Part shown: one piece after another, positions 27,381 through 39,098 of the stretch
How the letters are laid out: each line of letters begins with the position of its first letter
How positions within the stretch are numbered: position 1 is the stretch's first letter
Translations under genes and position numbers: made by a program
Assembly: GCA_951406725.2 (NCBI GenBank)
Contig: OX597815.1
Span: 151,528,001 to 151,592,000, forward strand
DNA: 64,000 nucleotides
Origin: Octopus vulgaris
Taxonomy: Eukaryota
Direction: 5' to 3'
The notes under the pieces: model-generated
What the model was told of the DNA's origin: nothing
The model's input: the letters and a program-made list of their open reading frames with translations, nothing else
Databases searched by the model: none

Positions 27381-28889
27381 AACAACAAAGAAGATGAAGA
27401 TAAATATCCATCAAATGTAAATAATTCCTCATCTCTCAAATATAGAATTGTATTCACTCTTCTTATTCTGAGACAAGAGTCATATAGTCATGTGATATCA
27501 ATTGAATTTTGAACTATTACATCTTGTTTCATGCATTACAACTTTTCAAGGTACATATATATTCATCATCATCATGGCTCAGCAGTTAGAGCGTTGAGCT
27601 TATGACTGAGGTTGCGAGTATGATTCCTGGACTGGGCTGCATGTTGTGTTCTTGAGCAAGACACTTTATTTCATATTGCTCTAGTTAACTCAGCTGTAGA
27701 AATAAATTGCAACGTCACTGGTCCCGAGATGTATCGGACCTTGCTTTTCCCTTGGATGACACTGGTGGCATGGAGAGGGGACGCTGGTATGCATGGGCAA
27801 CTGCTGGTCTTCCATAAAACAACCTTGCCTGGACTTGTGCCTCAGATGGTAACTTTCAAGGTGCAGTCCCATGGTCATTCATGACTGAAGGGGTCACCCA
27901 TCATCATTATCATCATCATCATCATTTAGTGTTTGTCTTCCCATTCTGGCATGGGTGGGATGGTTTGACAGGATTCAATAAGCTAGAGAACTGCATTGAA
28001 CTCCAGTGTCTATTTTGGCACAGTGAAGGCACATAGCTTAATGGTTAGGGTACTTGGCTCACAATTGTAAGGTCATGAGTTCAGTTCCTGGCAGTACAAT
28101 GTGTTCTTGAGCAAGACACTTTACTTCACATTGCTCTAGTCCACTCAGCTAGCAAAGACGAGTTGTACCTGTGTTACAAACAGCCAGTCTTGTCTCATTC
28201 CTTGTCATGCTGAATCATCCTGTGAGGTCTATGTCAAAGGTATGTGTGTCTGTGGGGTACTTAGCAATCTGCACGCTAATTTCTTGAGCAGGCTGTTCCA
28301 TTGATCAGATCATCCGAAACCCCTGCTGTTGTAACTGAAAGAGTACTACTTTTTTTTTTTTATTTCTACTTCAGCATAGTTTCTATGGCTGGATGCTCTT
28401 CCTAACATCAACCACTTTATTGACTGTAGGAGATACTTTTTTTTCTCATGACTTTGGCACTAGTAAGGTCACCGAATAACTTGCAAAGCAAAGAAAAAGA
28501 TTTAATTTAGTAGTTTTGTAGTAGAGAGAGCAAGAATTGCAGGTAATGAAATAACTTCACTTTAGGAATTTAGATGAATAGTGAAACTAGATGCTAAAAT
28601 AACAAGCTGTGCTTTAGAATCAAAAATATGTTGCTTCAAGTCATTTAGTGGAATTTTAAAATATGATCATGTTAGTAGTCCCACCCATGGGACTACTAGC
28701 ATGGAAGGCTGACATTAAATGACAATGATGATCTCAAGACATTGAATGAAAATCTTCATTAAAGAAAATATAGTGTGAGAGCATAAGCCACAACTTAGTT
28801 TCTTATCTATAAACTATTTACTACAGGCTGAAAGAAAGCAATGTCTTCATAAAAAGAGCCCTTTCTCAGGGAAATCTTAAATGATTTAA

Positions 28890-30106
28890 GTCTAAATGTT
28901 GTTTACCTGGACTTTGCTAAGGCTTTTAACTCTGTGCCACACAAAAGACTTATGGTGAAGCTTTCTGCGTTGGGTGTAAGAGACGAACTCTATAACTGGT
29001 TAAAGTCCTTTATTTTCGGCCGAAAAGAGGTTGTCACAGTTCTAGGACAGCACTCTTCGCCCTATGAGATGACATCTGGTGTGCCGCAGGGATCTGTTCT
29101 TGGCCCCCTTTTATTTGTTGCATATGTTAATGACATAGATGCCAACTTAAAGAATGCCACAGTGCTGAAATATGCAGATGACATCAAGCTGTACCTCGAA
29201 ATAAAGAGGTCAAATCCTATACACTATGGATCTCTATTGCAAGCAGACCTGGACACAATGCAGCAGTGAATCATGGACTGGCAACTCAAGCTGGCTGTGG
29301 ACAAATGTACCACCATGCATTTTGGGAGGAGAAACCCAGCGTCCACCTACTCCCTCCACAACACTAGTCTCAAAAAGTCTTCAAGTGAACGTGACCTGGG
29401 TGTTATTGTCGACAGCGATTTGCGTTGGACAAAACACATCGCTAAAATTGTCAAGAAGGCTGAGGGTGTCTTGGCATCACTCACCAAATCCTTTGTGAGC
29501 CGCTCTCCGGCTATCTATCTGCGGCTGTATATAGCTATGGTAAGACCTCACCTGGAGTTTGCATCGCCGGTCTGGAGCCCCTATCTTGCCCAGGACATCA
29601 ATCGTCTGGAAGCTGTTCAGCGACGTGCAACCAAAAGAATACCCTCCATCAGGCATTTGCCATATCCTGAATGCCTTACCTCCCTGGGCATGGACACATT
29701 GAAACTCCGACGTCTGGCAGCTGACTTGGCAGACACCCATAAAATTATCAACCATCGCACAAACAATAACTCTGAGCACCTCTTCAAACTCCACCCATCT
29801 AACACCCGTGGACATATTTACAAAGTAAGAAAACAGCACAGCTCCCATGACTTCAGGAAACATTTTTTCACGCTGAGAGTTGCTGAAGCGTGGAACAAAC
29901 TGCCGACATCGGTTGTTAGTTGTCGGAGCACTGCTTCCTTCAAGACTTCCATGCTTCCTGAGATTCGCCAACACTACACTTGATTTTCTCCCCTCCATAC
30001 ACCCAGACATTTCTACACTACTGCATGTACTTTATATGCACTTTCTGACAAGTTGTGGTGCACCTGAGCACTGTATACAATAATTTCATTATTATTATTA
30101 TTATTA
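28890..30106 (+). mobile_element. 5'-truncated CR1/L2-group LINE (RT pseudogene)
   Basis: YLDFAKAFNSVPH, GVPQGSVLGPLLF, YADD, ERDLGV, VRPHLEFASPVWSP and VAEAWNKLP motifs. One in-frame TGA at 29267-29269; (ATT)n tail. Confidence 0.92.
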
Positions 30107-32493
30107 AATTTTAAAATGTCATGAAGGATTTTAATTACAATGTTTCTTAGCACGATGCAGCTTTGTTTCTTTGTTAGAAGCCAGCTCCTTATTCATTGGA
30201 AGAATTCTTATAATTAGAAAGGAAAGATGGTATACATACTGGATAGGTACTCTGAGTCTATGTGACTGAAATGTAACTGGAATAGTTTACTAAATGGAAA
30301 CTAGAAAGAGAAACACTTGTCATATCAGCAGAAATTTATCCTGTGTGTATATCCTGCTATCTAGAAGATAATAACACTATTGACTGAGAGAGTTGTCCCT
30401 CCTGAACCTGTGCCAGATAGATCACATTTCTTTGCATTCAGGAACTGAAGATAATATCTGATTAATACAACCCATGCTAGCTTGGAGAACGGACGTTAAA
30501 CGATGATGATGATGATGATGAAGAGAGACAATGACACTTAAAAATTTTGTGTTGATAAAAAATGTTGAATGTACCATATTGGTGTGGAAGATATCACCCA
30601 TATCAGTAGATCATCATCCATCATCATTTGACGTCTGTTTCCATTGCTGGAATGGGTTAGATGGTTTGACAGGAGATGGTAAGGCCAAGGGCTGCACCAG
30701 TTTCCATAATCTTTTTTGGCATGGTTTCTACAGCTGAATGGCATTCCTAAATGCCAACTACTTTACAGAGTGTACTGGGTGTTTTTCACGTGGCACCCAT
30801 ACCTGTGTTTTTTATGTAGCACCAGCTTCAACACCAATGCTTTTTATATTATACATTGGATTTAGGATATCAATTCTGTTGTGGTGGGCAAGTGTTGTTT
30901 ATTACAACAATGCACCACATATATGTCAATGAATGTCAACAAGAGACTATCTTACCATGAGACCTGCTATTCTTGTCAAACATATTTATGAAGCTATTTG
31001 CAGACAGGATTGTCCTGATAGTCCTACCAAAGATACACCATAACCAAAATGTATCTATACCTTTTGAAATAAGGAAAACTAGAGGAACATTTCATTAAAA
31101 ACAGTAACCCCATGTAAACACAACGTTATTGTTCTAAGGGGCAAAGAACAAAAGTCTTGCACTGTGGAAGGCTGAAGCAGTCAATGGTTTGATGGATGTG
31201 AATATATTGTCTGAAATTGTAGAAGAGAACATCTACAGTAGATTAATAAAAAACATACAGCTCTTGTATCCAGACTATAGATTCTCATTTGCATTCACTA
31301 TACCATTCATCATCTGAGGCAAGATCACCTCCTCCAATGCCCCCTCCCCTCTCAAAGGATCTTTGTTTTGCCAGTTACTTGGTGACCCTGCCAGTGCTGA
31401 TGCCACATAAAAAGCATCTAGTCCACAATGTAAAGTGGTTGGCATTTGGAAGGGTATCCAGCTGTAAAAACCTTGCCAAAATTGACCTTGGCTGTGCTTG
31501 TAAAAAGCACTCAGTCCACTCTGCTTGGTGGTTGGTGTTAAGAGGGGCATCCAGCCATAAAAGCCCTGCCAGAACAGACACAGAAGTCTGGTGCAGGCTC
31601 CTGCCTGGCCAGCTCCTGTCAAACTGTCCAGTTCATGCCAGCATGGAAGGCAGACATTAACCCTTTCATTACCAACCTGGCCGAAACTAGTTCTGGCTCT
31701 GAGTACAAATGTCTTGTTTTCATAAGTTTTGAATTAAAATCTTCTACCAAACCTTAGTCAATTTATGTTCCTAATACTAGCTGAATGATAACTGAGTTAT
31801 TTTACTAAATTCTTTGTTATATTTTAAGTAATTGAAAGAAACACAGAGCATCTCAAAATAAATGCAGTAACGAAAGGGTTAAACAATGATGATGATGATG
31901 TGTTAGGCTATGTAATGACTTGTTTCCATAAAAGCCACAAAATACTGGGTATTTCCAAGAAAACAAAGTAAATTGATCCACATCCTTCAAAACCTCTCAG
32001 TTTACTGTCCAGGGAACCTTTGTACAAAATTGCAAAGATTCTCTGAGTTGCCTGAAATGATTATATGCACACACATACACGCGTTCACTATAGTAACTAA
32101 ACACATATTTGTGTACGAATGAGACATACATACCCATTATATGGGTACACTTATATCCACACACATATACCTACATATATAGACACACTCACTAACATAT
32201 TTAGAATGTCTCTGAAACTGTCTTGACCTGAACAATTTTTTGCCTATGGACCCCTTTGATTTCTATTGTAACCATTTGACGTTTAAAAAAATCCTATCAT
32301 ATTTTTATAATTAAATATATTAAATAGGCACAGAAGTGGCTGTGTGGTAAGTAGCTTGCTTACCAACCACATGGTTCACCTTGGGCAAATGTCTTTGCTA
32401 TAGCCTCCTTGTGAGTGGATTTGGTAGGCGGAAACTGAAAGCAGCCCATCGTATATATATATGTGTATGTGTATATATATATATGTATAAATG

Positions 32494-33415
32494 TTGTACC
32501 TAAGAAGCATCAGTTGTGGTGTGCAAGAGAGACGATTGCGCTGGTATGGTCATGTGGCGAGAATGGATGAAGATAGGTGTGTGAGAAAGTGCCAATCCCT
32601 AGCAGTTGAGGGAACCCGTGGAAGAGGTAGACCCAGGAAAACCTGGGACGAGGTGGTGAAGCACGACCTTCGAATGTTAGGTCTCACCATGGAAATGACT
32701 AGAGACCGAGACCTATGGAAGTATGCTGTGCGTGAGAAGACCCGGCAAGACTAGTGAAGCCATAACCCATGGCCCGGGACGTAGTCAGTCCACCTGTGCA
32801 TACCTTCCTTCTTGTGACACTTGTGAAGACCTGTTGAGGCATGTGAAAATCAAATCAAATCAAACCAAATCAAAATAGATGAACATCAATGGAATTTGTT
32901 TCCTTGTGGTACCAGTGCCAGTGGCACATAAGAAAACCATCCGAACGTGACCGTAGCCAGTACCGCATCGACTGGCCTCTGTGCTGTGGGCACGTAACAA
33001 ACACCATCCGAGCGTGGCCGTTCGCCAGCCTCGTCTGGCACCTGTGTCGGTGGCACATAAGAAAACACCATCCGAGCGTGGCCGTCTGCCAGCCTCGTCT
33101 GGCACCTGTGTCGGTGGCACATAAAAAACACCATCCGAGCGTGGCCGTCTGCTAGCCTCGTCTGGCACCTGTGTCGGTGGCACATAAAAAACACCATCCG
33201 AGCGTGGCCGTCTGCCAGCCTCGTCTGGCACCTGTGTCGGTGGCACATAAAATCACCCACTACACTCTCGGAGTGGTTGGCGTTAGGAAGGGCATCCAGC
33301 TGTGGAAACACTGCCAGATCTGACTGGCCTGGTGCAGCCTTCGGGCTTGCCAGACCCCAGTTGAACCGTCCAACCCATGCTAGCATGGAAAGCGGACGTT
33401 AAACGATGATGATGA
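32494..33415 (+). mobile_element. RTE LINE family 1, 3' fragment (ORF end, tandem-unit 3' UTR, GAT tail)
   Basis: RRLRWYGHVARMDE..GRGRPRKTW; about 5-6 ~60-bp units; inserted in the TA microsatellite of a SINE B. Confidence 0.9.
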
Positions 33416-34274
33416 TATATAATATAAATGAAAGAATAAATAGTCAAAAGTAAAAGGGAGTACGATTGGACAGCTGTTTAATGACCACTACACATGTTTC
33501 GATACAACACAGATCCACATATATACAAGATTTAAATTTAAATTAATGGTTTAACTGTATATTAGGACCCAGGTGTATCTCTTACTTTTGACTCTATTTA
33601 TTCTTTCATTTTTATTTTTCACACACGAAGAATGCCTAAACCTAGAATTGATAGTATACCATAATACCGCCGGGTATCTGGTAATTCTAAGTGTGAACGA
33701 GCTCTATTTTGTACTCTAATACATTCTTTATGGAATACCCCTTAACTATATATATATATATACACATACATATATACATAAATTTGTGTGTGTTTGTGTG
33801 TGTGTCACCAGCATCGCTTGACAACCGATGCTGGTGTGTTTACGTCCCTGTATCTCAGCGGTTCGGCAAAAGTGACCGATAGAATAAGTACTAGGCTTAC
33901 AAAGAATAAGTTCTGGAGTCGATTTGGCTGTAGTCAAATGACTGAAATAAATAAAAGAGTAAAATATTATTAGAGATTGTATTAAAGAAATTATCAAAAT
34001 ATTTTGTTTTGTTTTAAAGAAGTATAAAATTTTAACAACAGAATCTTATACAGAGGCCCAAAGGTCATATAGACCCTAGTTGAGAACTTCTGCATTAAGT
34101 GATCACCTTGAATTCTGTGAAGAACTTGATTAAATTATAAAGAAACACACACACACACACTTGTTTGATTTGTCAAAGAAGCAATGACATAAAATGTAAA
34201 TCTTCTTTCAGTAAAACATTAAGCTTGTGAATTAGACATCTTTGATTTTATTTTTCTTGATCTTCATCTGTAAC

Positions 34275-34444
34275 CAGGGCATAACTAGGGTGGGGCAAAC
34301 AGGGCATATGCCCTGGGCGCCACTTGGAGGTGGGGTGCAAGTTTGGCCAAAATCATTTTCTAGTTAAGCCATTAAAAAACATTGGGGTTAGGGGTACAAT
34401 TTTGCTGCTTGCCCTGGGCGCCATTTACCCTAGCTATGCCCCTG
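34275..34444. mobile_element. hAT-type MITE
   Basis: CAGGGCATAACTAGGG ... CCCTAGCTATGCCCCTG TIRs with an exact 8-bp TSD tctgtaac. Confidence 0.85.
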
Positions 34445-34516
34445 TCTGTAACGACTCTATTATATCTTTTGAAAGAGTGTTTTACTCTCATTGAAATTAT
34501 TCTCTATTTATTTCAG

Positions 34517-34611
34517 CTGTGAACAGAGCATACAAGACTCTTGAAAATGAAGAAGGTTATAAAAGATGTCGAGAAATCATTGATGAAGCAATTTCCAGAG
34601 TTGAAGAAATG
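34517..34611 (+). CDS. DNAJC8: DNAJC8-like coding exon 5: AVNRAYKTLENEEGYKRCREIIDEAISRVEEM
   Basis: tttcag acceptor, 95 nt, completes the phase-1 Ala codon, gtaaat donor. J-domain helix III pattern AY..L. Confidence 0.93.
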
Positions 34612-34913
34612 GTAAATATTATTAAGAATTTTGGTGAAGGTGGTGAGCTGGCAGAATCATTAACATGCTGAGCAAAATGCTTAACAGCATATCGACCATC
34701 TTTACATTCTGAGTTCAAATTCCACCGAGATTGACTTCACCTTTCTTACTTTTGGGGTTGATAAAATTAAAAGTTGTGTACTTAAATAGACACAGAAGTG
34801 GCTGTGTGGTAAGTAGCTTGTTTACCAACCACATGGTTCACCTTGGGCAAAATGTCTTTACTATAGCCTCCCTGTGAGTGGATTTGGTAGGCGGAAACTG
34901 AAAGAAGCCCATC

Positions 34914-34953
<40 letters not shown>

Positions 34954-35927
34954 AACCCATGCTAGCATGTAACTGACCAGCCCCTTGACCCCAAATTTCA
35001 GGCTTTGTGCCTTTAGTAGAAACGATTATTAATATTTTGACAATTAAACAGTCTCTAGTTTGGTTCTTACTAAGGTTTAACTGAAATAACACTGTCACCA
35101 TGACCACCACTATCTAGTACTGTAGGTATGTTTAGCTGAAACCACTTCGCTGGCAAATATTAGGGTCTGGTCTTTGGTTTGAGGATATTAACATCTCCCT
35201 CTGTTTCCCATAACCAATCTTAGAGACATTGACTGTGTGGTTGTGAAGCTTGCTTTCCAGCCATGTGGTATCAGGTTCTGTCCCACTGTACTGAACCTTG
35301 GATGTCTTTTACTTGCAACTTTTCGTCAACTGGGGGCTGCATCATACCGTTTCCAAGAAGAGGGCTGCCTGATAAAACACATATGCATGAAATATTACTT
35401 GCCCACTTTACACTGAATTTTTTGCAGTTCTTCTTAATTTTATTTGTCTTAGTATGGAAGTTTACATTAAGCTGGAATCTCTTTCATTATTTCATAATGA
35501 TAATAATAATGATTGCTCGTGTAAATAAATTATAGTTTAAAATATTGAGGTTAAAAAAAAAAAAAAAAAATCATCGATATTTTATTAAAGAACAAATTTC
35601 ATTATCTGTATCAGTGCGATTTTTGCACTGTCACATTCTTTACCATATTTTCAATATTAGATAGAATTTGAGTTGTTGCTACTCTTAGGTTATGCTGCAA
35701 ATTAGTAACCTAGAAACTTGTTGAGGGCTGCATTCCACAGGTTGGCCATGCATGCCTTAGATCAAAAAGAGCAAATATGTTAGGTGCAGGCTTGACTATG
35801 TGATAAGAAGCTTGCTTCCCAACCACATGAGTTCAGGTTCAATCCCACTGTGTCTCATCTTGAGCAAGTGTCATCTACTTTTGCCAAGTAGATCTGGTAG
35901 AGGGAAACAGAACAGAGCCCATCTTAT

Positions 35928-37781
35928 ATCATCATCATCATCATCATCATTTAACGTCCGCTTTCCATGCTAGCATGGGTTGGACGGTTCAACTGGGGTC
36001 TGGGGAGCCCGAAGGCTGCACCAGGCCAGTCAGATCTGGCAGTGTTTCTACAGCTGGATGCCCTTCCTAACCCCCTCCACTCCGAGAGTGTAGTGGGTGA
36101 TTTTATGTGTCACCGACACAGGTGCCAGACAAGGCTGGCGAACGGCCACGCTCGGATGATGTTTTTATGTGCCACCGACACAGGTGCCAGACGAAGCTGG
36201 CGAACGGCCACGCTCGGATGGTGTTTTTATGTGCCACCGACACAGGTGCCAGAGAAGGCTAGCAGACGACCACGCTCGGATGGTGTTTTTATGTGCCACC
36301 GACACAGGTGCCAGACGAGGCTGGCGAACGGCCACGCTCGGATGGTGTTTTTATGTGCCACCGACACAAGTGCCAGACAAGGCTAGCAGACGACCACGCT
36401 CGGATGGTGTTTTTTATGTGCCACCGATACAGGAGCCAGATTAGGCTGGCGATCGGCCACGATTGGATGGTGATTGTTACGTGCCCACAGCATGGAGGCC
36501 AGTCGGTGCGGTACTGGCTACGGCCACGTTCGGATGGTTTTCTTGTGTGCCACCGGCACTGGTACCACAAAGATACAAATTCCATTGATGTTCATCTATT
36601 TTGATTTTGTTTGATTTTCACTTGCCTCAACAGGTCTTCACAAGTATCACAAGAAGGAAGGTATGCACAGGTGGACTGACTACGTCCCAGGTAGGGGCCA
36701 CGGGTTATGGCCTGACTAGTCTTGCCGGGTCTTCTCACGCACAGCATACTTCCATAGGTCTCGGTCTCTAGTCATTTCCTTGGTGAGACCTAAACTTCGT
36801 AGGTCGTGCTTCACCACTTCGTCCCAGGTTTTCCTGGGTCTACCTCTTCCACAGGTTCCCTCAACTGCTAGGATGTAGCACTTTTGCACACAACTATCTT
36901 CAGCCATTCTCGTCATATGACCATACCAGCGCAGCCGTCTCTCTTGCACACCACAACTGACACTTCTTAGGTTCAACTTTTCTCTCAAGGTACTTACACT
37001 CTGACGATTATGAACACTGACATTACACATCCATCGGAGCATACTGGCTTCATTTCTTGCGAGCTTACGCATATCCTCAGCAGTCATGGCCCATGTTTCA
37101 CTACCATGTAGCATGGCTGTATGTACACATGCATCATAAAGTCTGTCTTTTACTCTGAGTGAGAGGCCTTTTGTCACCAGCAGGGGTAAGAGCTCTCTAA
37201 ACTTTGCCCAGGCTATTCTTACTCTAGCAGTTACACTTTCAGCACACCCACCCCCGCTACTAACTTGGTCTCCTAGGTAGCGGAAGCTATCAACTACTTC
37301 TAGTTTGTCTCCCTGGAACGTGGTAGAAGTTGGTCTCTGCACATTTCCAGTGTTTATTTCTCCTGAGCATCTGCCGCATACGAAAACTATCTTCCCAGTT
37401 AGCCTACCTTTGACGTTGCTGCACCTCTTATGTGTCCATAGCTTACACTTGGTGCACCTTATAGAGTTTCTACCTACACCTTTTTTACAGATTGAGCAGG
37501 GCCATCTACCTGAAGTCGTTTGTGGTTGGTCCACCTTCCTACTTATTAGGACTTTGCTTTTGGCTAGGTTGATTCTAAGGCCCTTCGATTCTAATCCTTG
37601 TTTCCACACCTGAAACTTCTCCTCCAGTTCTGATAGTGACTCAGCAATTAGAGCAAGGTCATCAGCATAGAGGAGCTCCCAGGGGCATCCTGTCTTAAAT
37701 TCTTCCGTTATTGCCTGGAGGACTATGATAAATAGGAGGGGGCTGAGGACTGAACCTTGGTGGACCCCAACCTCTACCCGG

Positions 37782-37782
<1 letters not shown>
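35928..37782 (-). mobile_element. RTE LINE family 1, longest copy (RT C-terminal half with PHD finger, 3' UTR array)
   Basis: GVHQGSVLSPLLFII, LLYADDLAL, FRYLG, HGSETW, LRWYGH motifs; 297-aa ORF at 36716-37609; (ATC)n tail at ~35930. Confidence 0.92.
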
Positions 37783-37838
<56 letters not shown>

Positions 37839-38756
37839 TACATACATACATACATACATACACACGGAGGCAAAGTGGCCAAGTTTCTTACAAGCATTGG
37901 GCCTCAGGGAGGCAAACTGGATGAGTTCCTTTTGAGTGTTGCGCCTCATGGAAGCAATGACCAAGGCATTCGGCATTACGTCGTGTTTGAGAAGAAGACC
38001 CATCAAGCTGAGCAAAATCGCAGTAATGGCAGATACCGGTGTCACGCAAATTGGCTCCTGTGCCAGTGGCACGTAAAAGCACCCATTTACACTCTGAGTG
38101 GTTGGCATTAGGAAGGGCATCCAATCATAGAAAACCATGCCAAATCAGACTGGAGTCTGGTGCAACCTTCCAGCTTACCAGCACTGGTCAAACCATCCAA
38201 CCCACCCCAGCATGGACAACGGACGCTAAATGATGATGATGATGATGACATGTGTTTGTGTGTCTTTGTGGTTGTTCCCATCACCATTTAACGGTGTTGG
38301 TGTGTTTATGGCCCCCAAGCTTAGTGGTTCAGCAACAAGTAGCTGATACAATAAGTACCAGGCTTTAAAGAAAACAAAGTACTGGGGTTACCCCAGTATG
38401 GCCCTACTCTAATGACTGAAACAAGTAAAATATAAAAGATTTTTGTATATGCATGTGTGTTTGTGTGTCTTGACATCGTGGTTGTAAACATGTATTTTCA
38501 TCATATCGTGATGTTTATTTCCAATTTTTCAAGAAAAACATGTCTGGATACAGGGAAATAGGTGAGTGTTGGAAACATGAAAGGCGTCCAGTTGTTGGAA
38601 ACCTGCCTTAAATTTTATCTGACTCATGCAAGCCTGTAAAAGTGGCCATTAAATGATGAAAGAAAACAAATAGCAAACCTGAATATCTTGTTTTATTGAA
38701 TGACTTCTTCATCAGCCGATGTTTCATTTATTTTGTTTTTTAATTTCTATTTGCAG

Positions 38757-38822
38757 ACTAAACAGAAAAGGAAACAGTTAAAGAAAGAAGGCAAACCTAT
38801 AGTTGATGATGACATTAATAAA
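38757..38822 (+). CDS. DNAJC8: DNAJC8-like coding exon 6: TKQKRKQLKKEGKPIVDDDINK
   Basis: ttgcag acceptor, 66 nt, gtttgt donor. KQLKKEGKP matches DNAJC8. Confidence 0.9.
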
Positions 38823-39098
38823 GTTTGTACTCTTTTTTTTTTTTCATTTTTTCTCATTATCTTTCCCAGATGAATGCAAGTAGCTTAGTGGTTAGGGTAT
38901 TTAAGTCACACTCATAAGATAATGTGTTCTAGAGCAAAACATTTCATTTTATGTTGCTCCAGTCCACTCAGATGTAAAAGAGTTCAGTTCACACCTTGGA
39001 AGTTAACCCTGTGATGGACTAGTGTTCCATTTTGGTGGAGTGTTGTAATCATCTCAGTCACTCATCACCCATGAAAACTAAGCTAAGCTCAAACCTTA

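Larger units (their letters stand above)
27029..27447. mobile_element. Inverted (head-to-head) element: tRNA-like head plus ~130-bp arms each carrying a hammerhead motif; Penelope-associated or retrozyme-like
   Basis: Arms 27029-27159 and 27297-27424 are reverse complements. A box TGGCGTAGTGG and decayed B box lie on the minus strand at 27181-27240. Confidence 0.7.

Noticed and set aside
32930-33260. CRISPR-like appearance of the ~60-bp arrays (also 36100-36560 and 48578-49128)
   Set aside because: Whole units are homologous with no unique spacers, there are no cas genes, the context is eukaryotic, and the arrays are part of a LINE 3' UTR.
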